Of a stretch of 25,277 nt of DNA, positions 1 through 8,100 are shown piece by piece. The notes beneath the pieces are model-generated. The model searched no databases. It saw only the letters and a list, made by a program, of their open reading frames with translations, and was not told where the DNA came from. Source of the DNA: a virus. Taxonomy: Duplodnaviria > Caudoviricetes. The DNA lies in IMG/VR virus record IMGVR_UViG_3300020042_000176, positions 1 through 25,277 of that record; one strand, written 5' to 3'. Numbering within the stretch: the first letter of the stretch is position 1; each line of letters starts with the position of its first letter. A program made the position numbers and the translations under genes.

Positions 1-10
1 TTGCAGTTAT

Positions 11-849
11 ATGAACCCTGACGAAATCTTAGAGCCAACCTGTATCAGTTTTTCTGGTGGTAGAACATCCGCATATATGTTGCATAAAGTATTAGAGTGC
101 GGGGGGGGCAACTGCCAAGCGATGCTGTTGTCTGTTTTGCCAACACAGGCAAAGAAGATGAGGCAACTTTAAAGTTTGTACATGACTGCCAGACGCATTG
201 GAATGTGCCGATTGTTTGGCTTGAGTACCAAGATGCAGAAGAATCTAAAGATCGGTTTAAAGTTGTGAGTTTTGAGACAGCCAGCCGTGATGGTGAGCCG
301 TTTGAGGCGGTGATTCGCAAAAAGCAATATTTGCCTAACCCAGTAACAAGGTTTTGCACAGTTGAGCTAAAAATTAGAACAATTGCTAACTATTTGTTTT
401 CCATTGGAATGTGCGAAACAAGAAGCAAAGGCGAATACATGAGTTGGGTAGGTATTCGTGCAGACGAGCCAAGACGAGCCGCCAAGATTCCGCGAGACAG
501 AACGCCATTAGTAACGGCTGGCGTGTCTAAAGAAATGGTGGGAGAGTTCTGGAGAAATCAGCCGTTTGACCTTGGATTGCCAAACTTTAACGGGGTGACC
601 TATCACGGTAACTGTGATTTGTGCTTTCTTAAAGGGCAAAGCCAGACCATGAGTTTAATTGCAGAAAAACCAGAAAGAGCCGTCTGGTGGGCTAAAATGG
701 AGGCACTGGCACTGGCACTGGCAAGCAAGCCTAGCGGTGCGCGTTTTCGCAAAGACCGCGCTGGATATGCCCAAATGATGCAATTCGCTGCCGATCAGCA
801 CGACTTCATTGGCAATGATGAAACCATCCCTTGTTTCTGTGGGGATTAA
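11..849 (+). CDS. PAPS-reductase-like (PP-loop) protein, frameshifted at a G8 tract (101-108)
   Basis: ATG at 11 reads MNPDEILEPTCISFSGGRTSAYML (PP-loop SGGxxS motif) but stops at 170-172. The rest (FANTGKE, RFCTVELKI, VGIRADEPRR, GNCDLCFLK, CFCGD) is in the frame of ORF 97..849. One extra G in the G8 run joins the two parts. Confidence 0.85.
101..108 (+). repeat. G8 homopolymer at the frame break
   Basis: tgc GGGGGGGG caactg; G9 or G6 would be in frame. Confidence 0.95.
703..723 (+). repeat. (GCACTG)3.5 in-frame hexamer repeat encoding ALALALA
   Basis: gcactggcactggcactggca read directly in the sequence. Confidence 0.9.
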
Positions 850-1266
850 ATGCGCTACAACCTAGATGACCAGGCTCAAGCCACGAGCCTGATGAAACAT
901 TTATGGCCAAAGGTTAAAGACGCATTGGCTGCGGGTAAAAAGCTGACGTTAGAAATCAAGCCAGCCAGCAAGAGCCGCGACCAAGAGGAAAAGTATCACG
1001 CCATCATTGGTGACATTGCCAAACAAGCGCAGCACATGGGCGCTAAGTGGGATGCTGAAACGTGGAAAAGGCTATTAGTGGACAAATATGTCCGTGAAAT
1101 AGGGTTAACAAGCAAAATAATGGCTAATCTGGATAACGATGGATTGGTGCAACTTGGCGTACAAACCCGCAAATTCACAAAAGAACAGGCCAGCGAGTTT
1201 GTGGCATTTTTAATCTGCTGGTGTGACCAAAACGGGATTGAACTAAATGATGATTCCAAAGTTTAG
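850..1266 (+). CDS. ninB: NinB-like recombination protein
   Basis: KSRDQEEKYHAIIGDIAKQ, WDAETWKRLL and TRKFTKEQASEFVAFL resemble lambda NinB/Orf family motifs; starts directly after the upstream stop. Confidence 0.8.
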   Translation: MRYNLDDQAQATSLMKHLWPKVKDALAAGKKLTLEIKPASKSRDQEEKYHAIIGDIAKQAQHMGAKWDAETWKRLLVDKYVREIGLTSKIMANLDNDGLVQLGVQTRKFTKEQASEFVAFLICWCDQNGIELNDDSKV

Positions 1267-1564
1267 CTATTACCGTAGCAAAAAGCATTTAAAGAACGTG
1301 GCCAGCTTGCCTTGCCAGAATTGCTACATAGAAGACCAAACGCAGGCAGCACATTCAAATTGGGCGGAACATGGCAAAGGACGAGCGATTAAGGCAAGTG
1401 ACGAGTTTACGGCTGCACTCTGCCAGACCTGCCACACAGAATTAGATTCAGGCGCTAGACTGAGTAAAGAACAAAGGCGTATGCTTTGGGATATGGCTTA
1501 CCACAGAACGGTCATTAGGTTAAAATCACAAGGACTATGGCCAGATGAACTTTCAAAAGATTGA
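1247..1564 (+). CDS. DUF968/DUF1364-like Zn-binding HNH-type nuclease
   Basis: VASLPCQNC...QAAHSN...GKGRAIKASD...ALCQTCHTELD; typical nin-region neighbour. Confidence 0.7.
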   Translation: MMIPKFSYYRSKKHLKNVASLPCQNCYIEDQTQAAHSNWAEHGKGRAIKASDEFTAALCQTCHTELDSGARLSKEQRRMLWDMAYHRTVIRLKSQGLWPDELSKD

Positions 1565-1570
1565 TTTTCT

Positions 1571-1579
1571 TGCTAAAAT
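1571..1579 (+). promoter_or_regulatory. Putative extended -10 promoter (TGcTAAAAT)
   Basis: TGn + TAAAAT in an AT-rich intergenic gap ahead of a GGAG RBS and ATG 1604; the -35 match is weak. Confidence 0.4.
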
Positions 1580-1603
1580 TTAACAAACCCTATTGGAGTT
1601 GCC

Positions 1604-2026
1604 ATGCCTGGACTTTTAGCCCCTGCCGCAGAAATCAAGATTGAGATTGAAGAAATCGAGAACGACAAGCCCGTTATTGATGGCTTGACCAAAGAATCAA
1701 ACGAAAAGACCCGCGAAACTCTGATGGAAACTCAGATGTTTGGCCCCATGAAAACCGCCCAGCCTAACGGTGAATTCTGGCGCAACCTGTCTAACGTCTG
1801 GCGTACATCACCAGATCAAGCCAAGCGCCAACTGTGCGCTAACTGCGAATACTTTGATGACGCACCAGAATGTATCGAAGCAATGGAAGTTGTGCCAGAA
1901 GACGAATTCGACAAAGATGGTGGTGGCCGTGGTTATTGCCATAAGTTTGAATTTATCTGCCATAACCTTCGTGTGTGCAAATCTTGGGAAAAAGCATCCG
2001 TAATGATGGAGGAAGATGATGAATAA
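1604..2026 (+). CDS. Cys-rich protein with HiPIP-like Cys pattern
   Basis: CANCEYF...GYCHKF...C...VCKSW; acidic N-terminus starting MPGLLAP; GGAG RBS. Confidence 0.6.
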   Translation: MPGLLAPAAEIKIEIEEIENDKPVIDGLTKESNEKTRETLMETQMFGPMKTAQPNGEFWRNLSNVWRTSPDQAKRQLCANCEYFDDAPECIEAMEVVPEDEFDKDGGGRGYCHKFEFICHNLRVCKSWEKASVMMEEDDE

Positions 2027-2150
2027 GATGATGAAAAAGCCAAAGCCGATGGATAAGCCAAAAACCCCATCAATGATGTTCAAAAAGCCATCTGAAACAA
2101 AGATGCCTATGCGTGGTCAGCGCACAATGAAGAACAAGGCTAAAAAATGA
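2019..2150 (+). CDS. Small Lys/Met/Pro-rich basic peptide (43 aa, not in ORF track)
   Basis: MNKMMKKPKPMDKPKTPSMMFKKPSETKMPMRGQRTMKNKAKK; GGAGG RBS at 2008-2012; ATGA overlap with the next gene. Confidence 0.75.
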   Translation: MNKMMKKPKPMDKPKTPSMMFKKPSETKMPMRGQRTMKNKAKK

Positions 2151-2398
2151 TTAAGCGGGGTACTGAGCAATTCTCTGGTTATAACAAGCCAAAGAAGACC
2201 CCAGGCCATCCAACCAAGAGCCATGCTGTTCTTGCAAAGAGTGGTGAGGATGTAAAGCTCATCCGCTTTGGTCAGCAGGGTGCAAAGGGAAGCCCAGACG
2301 GGACAAAGCGCAATGAAGCGTTCAAAGCCCGTCACGCAGAGAATATCGCCAAGGGCAAGATGAGTGCAGCATACTGGAGTAACCGCGTTAAGTGGTGA
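2147..2398 (+). CDS. Small basic phage protein (DUF6321-like)
   Basis: KLIRFGQQG...FKARH...KMSAAYWS..VKW pattern recognised from small basic proteins near phage packaging genes. Confidence 0.7.
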   Translation: MIKRGTEQFSGYNKPKKTPGHPTKSHAVLAKSGEDVKLIRFGQQGAKGSPDGTKRNEAFKARHAENIAKGKMSAAYWSNRVKW

Positions 2399-2412
2399 AC
2401 AATTCCAAATGG

Positions 2413-2433
2413 TGATACAATGCTTCAAAGGAG
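2413..2433 (+). promoter_or_regulatory. Putative extended -10 promoter and RBS for the HNH gene
   Basis: TGaTACAAT at 2413-2421, then AAGGAG shortly upstream of ATG 2440. Confidence 0.5.
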
Positions 2434-2439
2434 AAGCGT

Positions 2440-2895
2440 ATGCCAAATGGAAATCTAAAACACGAAGTGCAATGTCCAAAGTGTGCGGAGAAAAGAATGG
2501 TTCGATCTGATGTTATTGCAAAATTAACAAGTCAGGACAAGCCGTTAATCTGTAAACCATGCCATAACAAAATGAGGTTTGATGGCCGAGATCATCCGCG
2601 CAAAGGGTCTGGTGTAAGAAACAATCCAGAATTAGCGAGAACGCAAAGCAGTTATTACAAAGCAAAACAGCGTTGCAAAATGGGCAAAGAACATCATCTT
2701 TGCTATGAAAAGGTCGAATTTAAGTTTGATTCATTGCAACATATGATTGATTGCATAGGAATCCGACCAGAAGGAATGACTCTTGATAGAATCAATCCAC
2801 TTGGTCATTACGAGCCTGGGAACGTAAGATGGGCAACGGCTAAACAACAAACAGATAACAGGCTCCCAAGGGGATACTGGACAAAACAAGGTTAA
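2440..2895 (+). CDS. Free-standing HNH homing endonuclease with N-terminal Zn finger
   Basis: RPEGMTLDRINPLGHYEPGNVRWAT..QQ..NR is the phage HNH core; CPKC...CKPCH at the N-terminus. Confidence 0.85.
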   Translation: MPNGNLKHEVQCPKCAEKRMVRSDVIAKLTSQDKPLICKPCHNKMRFDGRDHPRKGSGVRNNPELARTQSSYYKAKQRCKMGKEHHLCYEKVEFKFDSLQHMIDCIGIRPEGMTLDRINPLGHYEPGNVRWATAKQQTDNRLPRGYWTKQG

Positions 2896-2906
2896 ATGGT
2901 GACAAC

Positions 2907-4343
2907 ATGGCAGACTACATCGGAGCGACCCCGCAAGTAAACCCTTTGATGGGGTTGTTAGCCGAACGTCTAAAGCAAGCGCAACAGTTTGCTGCCAAAC
3001 CATTCGGGTACTCAAACCCACCCGCTGAAATACTGATGAACCTTTTAGGGATTCCAGCAGTACAGCAGACAGCCGAGCGTTATGCCTATGGCGAGCCAAT
3101 GACCACAGGCAGGGGTATGACTACCCAAGTGCGCCCTGAAGTCTTAGAAGCTGCGATGGCGGTTGCTCCTGCTGCTGGTTTGCTTGGTCGTGGCGTAGAG
3201 CGTGGCGCAATGGCTGCTGGTCGTGCTGGTGAGCGTTTAGCTGAGAGGGTTGTGCCGCAAGTTATGGAGCGTGGCGGCTTGCCAGCTCAGTTGTTTCAAG
3301 ATTTGGGGCAGGGCTCTATTAGGCCAATGGATGTTTGGCATGGTTCGCCTCATGGACCGTTTCCAAAGTTTGATTCGTCAAAGATTGGCACAGGAGAAGG
3401 CGCTCAAGCCTATGGTCATGGTCTTTACACAGGCGAGGCTCGCGGCACAGGTGAAGAATATCGTAAAGTTTTAACTGGCAATCAATACGGTGATAAGTTA
3501 GTGCCTACTGTTGATGGAATACCATCTGATACTCCAATTCTGCGTAATTTGGTTCGTAATGGTCAATCTCCTGAAGATTTTATTGCATCAATGCAAAACA
3601 AGTTGAAAAGCCAAGAGGCTGCATTAAGCAAAGCAAGCAAAGAAGAAATTTTGCCTGGTGTTTCTGATTACGACATGGCTGAGATGGCGCTTGGGGAGAC
3701 CAAAAAGATACTTGATGAAGCAAAAGGCTATGTAGGCAAAGAAATCAAAGCCGAGCCTGTTGGTTTTCTGTATAAGGTAGACCTACCAGACGAAGCAATT
3801 GCCAAAATGCTTGACTTTGATAAACCTGTAAGCAAGCAGCCAACTGTAATGAGCGCTTTACGATCAGAAGCAGAGCAACGGGTGCGCGACAGAAAACTTG
3901 CCGACATAGAGAATGATATTAGAGCGTCATTGCCTAAACAAGATATTGGTAACGACTATATGGCTATGTTTAGCGATGCTAACGTGGCTGTAAACCAAGA
4001 CGTTCAAGCAAAAGCCCTAGCGAAGCTAAACAAGATGGACTTAAAGGACTTGGTAGACAAAGAACTTGATTCCATGAAGCCACTTGATATGAATTGGAAC
4101 ATGACAGGAAAAGAGTTCTATGAACTTCTGTCTAAACGCACAGGCTCGCCAGAAAAGGCATCTGCAATGCTTCAAGCGCAAGGTGTGACAGGTAATCGTT
4201 ACTTAGACCAAGGAAGTCGTAACTATGAAAGTGGGACTTCAAACTTTGTTGTATATCCTGGTAATGAAGATTTGCTAAGGATTATGGAAATAAACGACAA
4301 ACCTTATGAGCAATGGTTTCCTAAAGCAAATCTGTTAGACTAA
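2907..4343 (+). CDS. Protein with ADP-ribosyltransferase-like (ART-PolyVal-type) domain and Gly/Ala-rich N-terminal leader
   Basis: VWHGSPH..F.KFDSSKIGTGEGAQAYGHGLY, LYKVDLPD and G..GNRYLDQGSR...TSNFVVY resemble the ART-like domain of phage polyvalent proteins. Confidence 0.65.
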   Translation: MADYIGATPQVNPLMGLLAERLKQAQQFAAKPFGYSNPPAEILMNLLGIPAVQQTAERYAYGEPMTTGRGMTTQVRPEVLEAAMAVAPAAGLLGRGVERGAMAAGRAGERLAERVVPQVMERGGLPAQLFQDLGQGSIRPMDVWHGSPHGPFPKFDSSKIGTGEGAQAYGHGLYTGEARGTGEEYRKVLTGNQYGDKLVPTVDGIPSDTPILRNLVRNGQSPEDFIASMQNKLKSQEAALSKASKEEILPGVSDYDMAEMALGETKKILDEAKGYVGKEIKAEPVGFLYKVDLPDEAIAKMLDFDKPVSKQPTVMSALRSEAEQRVRDRKLADIENDIRASLPKQDIGNDYMAMFSDANVAVNQDVQAKALAKLNKMDLKDLVDKELDSMKPLDMNWNMTGKEFYELLSKRTGSPEKASAMLQAQGVTGNRYLDQGSRNYESGTSNFVVYPGNEDLLRIMEINDKPYEQWFPKANLLD

Positions 4344-4388
4344 AGTTTTATTAAGGAGCCAACAAGCCGAAAGGAATTGGTAAACAAA

Positions 4389-4631
4389 ATGAGTAAAGTA
4401 GGAAGACCAATGGGCAAGCTACATCAGGATGATGTACGCAAGAAAATCCAAGTAAGTCAATTGATAAATGTTTTGCAAGATCATGCACTTACTGGTGAGG
4501 GAGAGATAACGCCCACCCGCATGAAGGCAATCGAGATATTGTTGAGAAAATCTATACCAGACCTGAGTGCTGTTGAGCTATCTGGTGACCCAGACGCTCC
4601 AATTGAGTTAAAGGTTTCATGGCTGAAATAG
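4389..4631 (+). CDS. terS: Terminase small subunit (probable)
   Basis: Small gene overlapping terL; GRP N-terminus and VELSGDPDAPIEL.V.W C-terminus typical of TerS; ATG 4389 preferred over TTG 4377. Confidence 0.7.
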   Translation: MSKVGRPMGKLHQDDVRKKIQVSQLINVLQDHALTGEGEITPTRMKAIEILLRKSIPDLSAVELSGDPDAPIELKVSWLK

Positions 4632-5875
4632 TTATCCCTTACTCTCCAAGGGAACAGCAGATCAAGATTCACGACCTGATAGACGAGAAGCGGTTTACTG
4701 TCGTGGTGGCACACAGGCGCATGGGCAAGACTGTATCGGCCATCAATCACCTGATCAAAGCGGCTATCCTGAACACAAAGGAAGCTCCAAGGTATGCCTA
4801 CATTGCCCCGACCTATGGCCAAGCCAAGCGGGTAGCGTGGGATTACCTTGTAAAGTACGTCAAGCCTTTAGGGGGTACAGAAAACATCTCCGAGATGCGG
4901 GTTGACTTTATGGGGCGTAGGATTCAGCTATACGGCTCAGACAACCCAGACAGCCTGCGAGGGCAATACTTTGATGGTGTGATACTTGATGAAATCGGCG
5001 ACCAAAACCCAAAAATCTGGACAGATATTGTCCGACCAGCACTTGCAGACCGCCTTGGCTGGTGCTTATTTATTGGCACTCCAAAAGGCCACAACCACTT
5101 TAAAGAACTCCGAGATCGAGCAGAAACAGAAGCCGATTGGGGTTTGCTTGAGTTCAAAGCCAGCCAAACCAACGTAATTGCTGAGAGTGAGCTTGAGGCG
5201 GCCAAGTCCGAGATGGGTGAGGATAAGTACCTCCAAGAGTTTGAGTGTTCGTTTAACGCTGCGGTAGAGGGTTCTTATTACGGTCAAATCCTGAACGACC
5301 TAGAGGCTAAGAACCACATCCAAGAGATTCCAAGGGATGATCTTTGCCGAACAATAACGGCTTGGGACTTGGGGATGGGGGACAGCACAGCTATCTGGGT
5401 GGCTCAGATTGCAGGCTCAGAGATTCGATTGATCGACTATTACGAGAACAACGGGGTTGGTCTGGATAAGTATGTGGCCTGGCTCAAAGAGAATCATTGG
5501 GACACAGCCGAGCAAATCCTGCCGCATGACGTACAGGTCAGGGAATTAGGGTCAGGCAAGAGCCGCCTCGAGGTCTTACAAGAAGCAGGTCTAAACGTCA
5601 GAGTGGCTCCAAGAATGGGCATTGATGACGGGATTCAGGCGGTAAGACGGCTTTTACCGAGGTGCTGGTTTAACGTACCCAAGGTTAAGGTAGGCTTAGA
5701 TTGCCTGAGAAACTACCGCAGGGACTATGACGACAAGCGAAAGGTGTTCTTTGACAGACCCTTACATGATTGGTCAAGCCATGCGTCTGATGCTTTCAGG
5801 TACTTAGCCATCGGGATGGATGAAGGCTCAAGCTGGACACGATCTGTTAATAAACCAGCAAAGTGGGTAATATGA
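4619..5875 (+). CDS. terL: Terminase large subunit
   Basis: Walker A HRRMGKT, LRG, Walker B VILDE, IGTPKG, nuclease motifs WDLGMGDST and HDWSSHASDAFRY. Confidence 0.97.
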   Translation: MAEIVIPYSPREQQIKIHDLIDEKRFTVVVAHRRMGKTVSAINHLIKAAILNTKEAPRYAYIAPTYGQAKRVAWDYLVKYVKPLGGTENISEMRVDFMGRRIQLYGSDNPDSLRGQYFDGVILDEIGDQNPKIWTDIVRPALADRLGWCLFIGTPKGHNHFKELRDRAETEADWGLLEFKASQTNVIAESELEAAKSEMGEDKYLQEFECSFNAAVEGSYYGQILNDLEAKNHIQEIPRDDLCRTITAWDLGMGDSTAIWVAQIAGSEIRLIDYYENNGVGLDKYVAWLKENHWDTAEQILPHDVQVRELGSGKSRLEVLQEAGLNVRVAPRMGIDDGIQAVRRLLPRCWFNVPKVKVGLDCLRNYRRDYDDKRKVFFDRPLHDWSSHASDAFRYLAIGMDEGSSWTRSVNKPAKWVI

Positions 5876-6057
5876 TCTTAATGAGACAAGGCGACATTGC
5901 AGGCGCTCGCAAAATAGCTGCCTTAGAAGCTAGAATAGAGGCGCTTGAAAATATGGTAAAAGCTATACAATCGGAGCAACGCCCCAAATTAGGCAGGCCA
6001 GCAAAGGTAAAACATGAGCCAACAGAAACTCAAAGCGATTCTGGACTCGGAGATTGA
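5872..6057 (+). CDS. Small coiled-coil protein with basic GRP motif
   Basis: ATGA overlap with the terL stop; LEARIEALENMV coiled coil and RPKLGRPAK. Confidence 0.6.
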   Translation: MILMRQGDIAGARKIAALEARIEALENMVKAIQSEQRPKLGRPAKVKHEPTETQSDSGLGD

Positions 6058-8098
6058 TAACTCAATCGGATTCTTAGAGACAGAAACAACCCAACAACGC
6101 ACAGACGCATTATCTTTTTATCTGCGTCAGCCATTGGGCAACGAGGTAGAGGGTAAGTCAGCTATCGTTACAGGCGAAGTAGCCGAAGCGGTTGATGGCT
6201 GCTTGCCTTCATTGGTTCGCATCTTTTCATCATCTGACGAAGTGGTCAGGTTTGACCCTAGAGGCCCGCAAGATGAGGCAGGCGCTAAACAAGCTACCGA
6301 GTACTGCAACTGGGTATTCATGCGCGACAACGCTGGCATCATCATCATGCACGACTGGTTTAAGGATGCGCTCCTCCAGAAGGTTGGCGTGGTTAAAGCC
6401 TATTGGGAAGACAAAGAAGACGTTACAAAAGAAAAGTATCGTGACCTTTCCGATGATGAATTGGCCATGCTGCTGTCTGACGAAACAATGGAAGTCATTG
6501 AAAAGGACATTGTTGAGAATGAGTTACTTGACCCCGCAGGTAACCCCGTCTTAGACCAGATGGGCAAGCCTGTGATGTATTCATCCAACAGCGTGACCGT
6601 TCAAAAGAAAAAGAAGTCTGGCCATGTTGTCATTGAGAACGTGCCGCCAGAGGAGTTCTTGATCTCCAAGCGAGCCAAGAAAAGCCCTGCTGATTCGCCA
6701 TTCGTAGCGCACCGCCGCCTTATTACCCGCAGCGACCTGATTGCAATGGGCTTTGATAAAGACATTGTGGAAGGCTTGCAGGCGTCTAACTCGCTGACTT
6801 ACTCGCCTGAGTACCTTGCCCGTGTAGCGCCAGGTGAGAATCCTGATGACGGTATTTCTATTGATGAGTCAATGGAGACAATCGAAGTATTTGAGTGCTA
6901 TATAACCGCAGATATAGATGGAGACGGCATAGCAGAACTTCGCCAAGTGTTCTACGCATCAAACGAAATCCTGAGTGATGAGGAAACAGATTACATCCCG
7001 TTCCATTCGCTCTGCCCGATTCCAACGCCGCACAAGTTCTTTGGCGAGTCTATGGCAGACCGCACAATGGACTTACAGTTAATCAAGACCACAATCACCC
7101 GTCAGATTCTTGATAACCTCTATCTGACAAACAACGCTCGCGTGACTGCTGTTGACGGCCAAGTAAACCTTGACGATCTGCTGACGGCTACGGCTGGCGG
7201 TGTTATCCGAATCAAGTCCCAAGGCGCTGTGCAACAGTTGGCCGTTCAACCCGTGGCACAGCAGGCTTTCCCGATGCTTCAGTATCTGGACAGCATCCAA
7301 CAAAAGCGCACAGGCGTGACAGACGCAAGCCAAGGTCTAGACGCATCCATCCTGCAAAACGTAACGGCCACCGCTGTTGCTTCTATGCAACAAAGTGCAG
7401 CAGGCAAGATCGAGATGATTGCCCGAATCTTTGCTGAGACAGGTGTTAAGTCGCTGTTTAAAGGTATCTTGCACCTTCTCTGCAAGTACCAAGACAAAGC
7501 CCGAATCGTTCGTATGCGTGGTCAGTACGTTTCGTTTGACCCTCGTGAGTGGTCTAACCAGTACGACACCGACATTAACGTGGGTCTAGGTGCTGGTAAT
7601 CGTCAAGAGCAAATGGCCATGCTGAGTATGGTTCTAACTAAGCAGGAGCAAGTCTTGCAGACAATGGGGCCAACTAACCCGCTGGTGTCTTACGGTCAGT
7701 ATCGAAACACCTTGGGCCGTATGGTGGAAGCTGCTGGATTTAAGGATTCTGCTGAGTTCTATAAGTCGATCACGCCCGAACAAGATCAGATGATGAGCCA
7801 GCCGCAACCGCAGCAAGAGCCACCAATGCCTCCAGAGATTCAAGCGTACATGGCCAAGACGCAGGCTGACATTCAGGCGCAGCAGATGAAGGCACAAGCT
7901 GATATTCAGTTGTCGCAACAGAAGGCCGCTGCTGAGTTGGAGTTGATGCGCGAAAAGAACGCTGCACAACTCCAGTTGGAGCGAGAAAAAGCTGCTGCAA
8001 ATCTTCAACTTAAAGAAGAAGAATTCATGGCCGAGGCTCGATTGAAGGCAATGAAGGTAGGCGCAGGTATTACTTCTAACATTGAAATACCAGGGTAA
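6014..8098 (+). CDS. Portal protein (P22-like, long C-terminal helical barrel)
   Basis: 694 aa after terL; WFKDALLQKVGVVK, IENVPPEEF, LDNLYLTNN and TATAV motifs; Q/A-rich C-terminal coiled coil with about 11-aa periodicity. Confidence 0.92.
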   Translation: MSQQKLKAILDSEIDNSIGFLETETTQQRTDALSFYLRQPLGNEVEGKSAIVTGEVAEAVDGCLPSLVRIFSSSDEVVRFDPRGPQDEAGAKQATEYCNWVFMRDNAGIIIMHDWFKDALLQKVGVVKAYWEDKEDVTKEKYRDLSDDELAMLLSDETMEVIEKDIVENELLDPAGNPVLDQMGKPVMYSSNSVTVQKKKKSGHVVIENVPPEEFLISKRAKKSPADSPFVAHRRLITRSDLIAMGFDKDIVEGLQASNSLTYSPEYLARVAPGENPDDGISIDESMETIEVFECYITADIDGDGIAELRQVFYASNEILSDEETDYIPFHSLCPIPTPHKFFGESMADRTMDLQLIKTTITRQILDNLYLTNNARVTAVDGQVNLDDLLTATAGGVIRIKSQGAVQQLAVQPVAQQAFPMLQYLDSIQQKRTGVTDASQGLDASILQNVTATAVASMQQSAAGKIEMIARIFAETGVKSLFKGILHLLCKYQDKARIVRMRGQYVSFDPREWSNQYDTDINVGLGAGNRQEQMAMLSMVLTKQEQVLQTMGPTNPLVSYGQYRNTLGRMVEAAGFKDSAEFYKSITPEQDQMMSQPQPQQEPPMPPEIQAYMAKTQADIQAQQMKAQADIQLSQQKAAAELELMREKNAAQLQLEREKAAANLQLKEEEFMAEARLKAMKVGAGITSNIEIPG

Positions 8099-8100
8099 TT

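Larger units (their letters stand above)
2371..2902 (+). mobile_element. HNH cassette bounded by imperfect direct repeats of the upstream gene's 3' end
   Basis: 2371-2398 atactggagtaaccgcgttaagtggtga versus 2874-2902 atactggacaaaacaaggttaaatggtga. Confidence 0.65.

Noticed and set aside
97-849. GTG 97 as the true start of the PAPS-reductase-like gene
   Set aside because: It would omit the SGGRTS PP-loop, which is encoded upstream in another frame.
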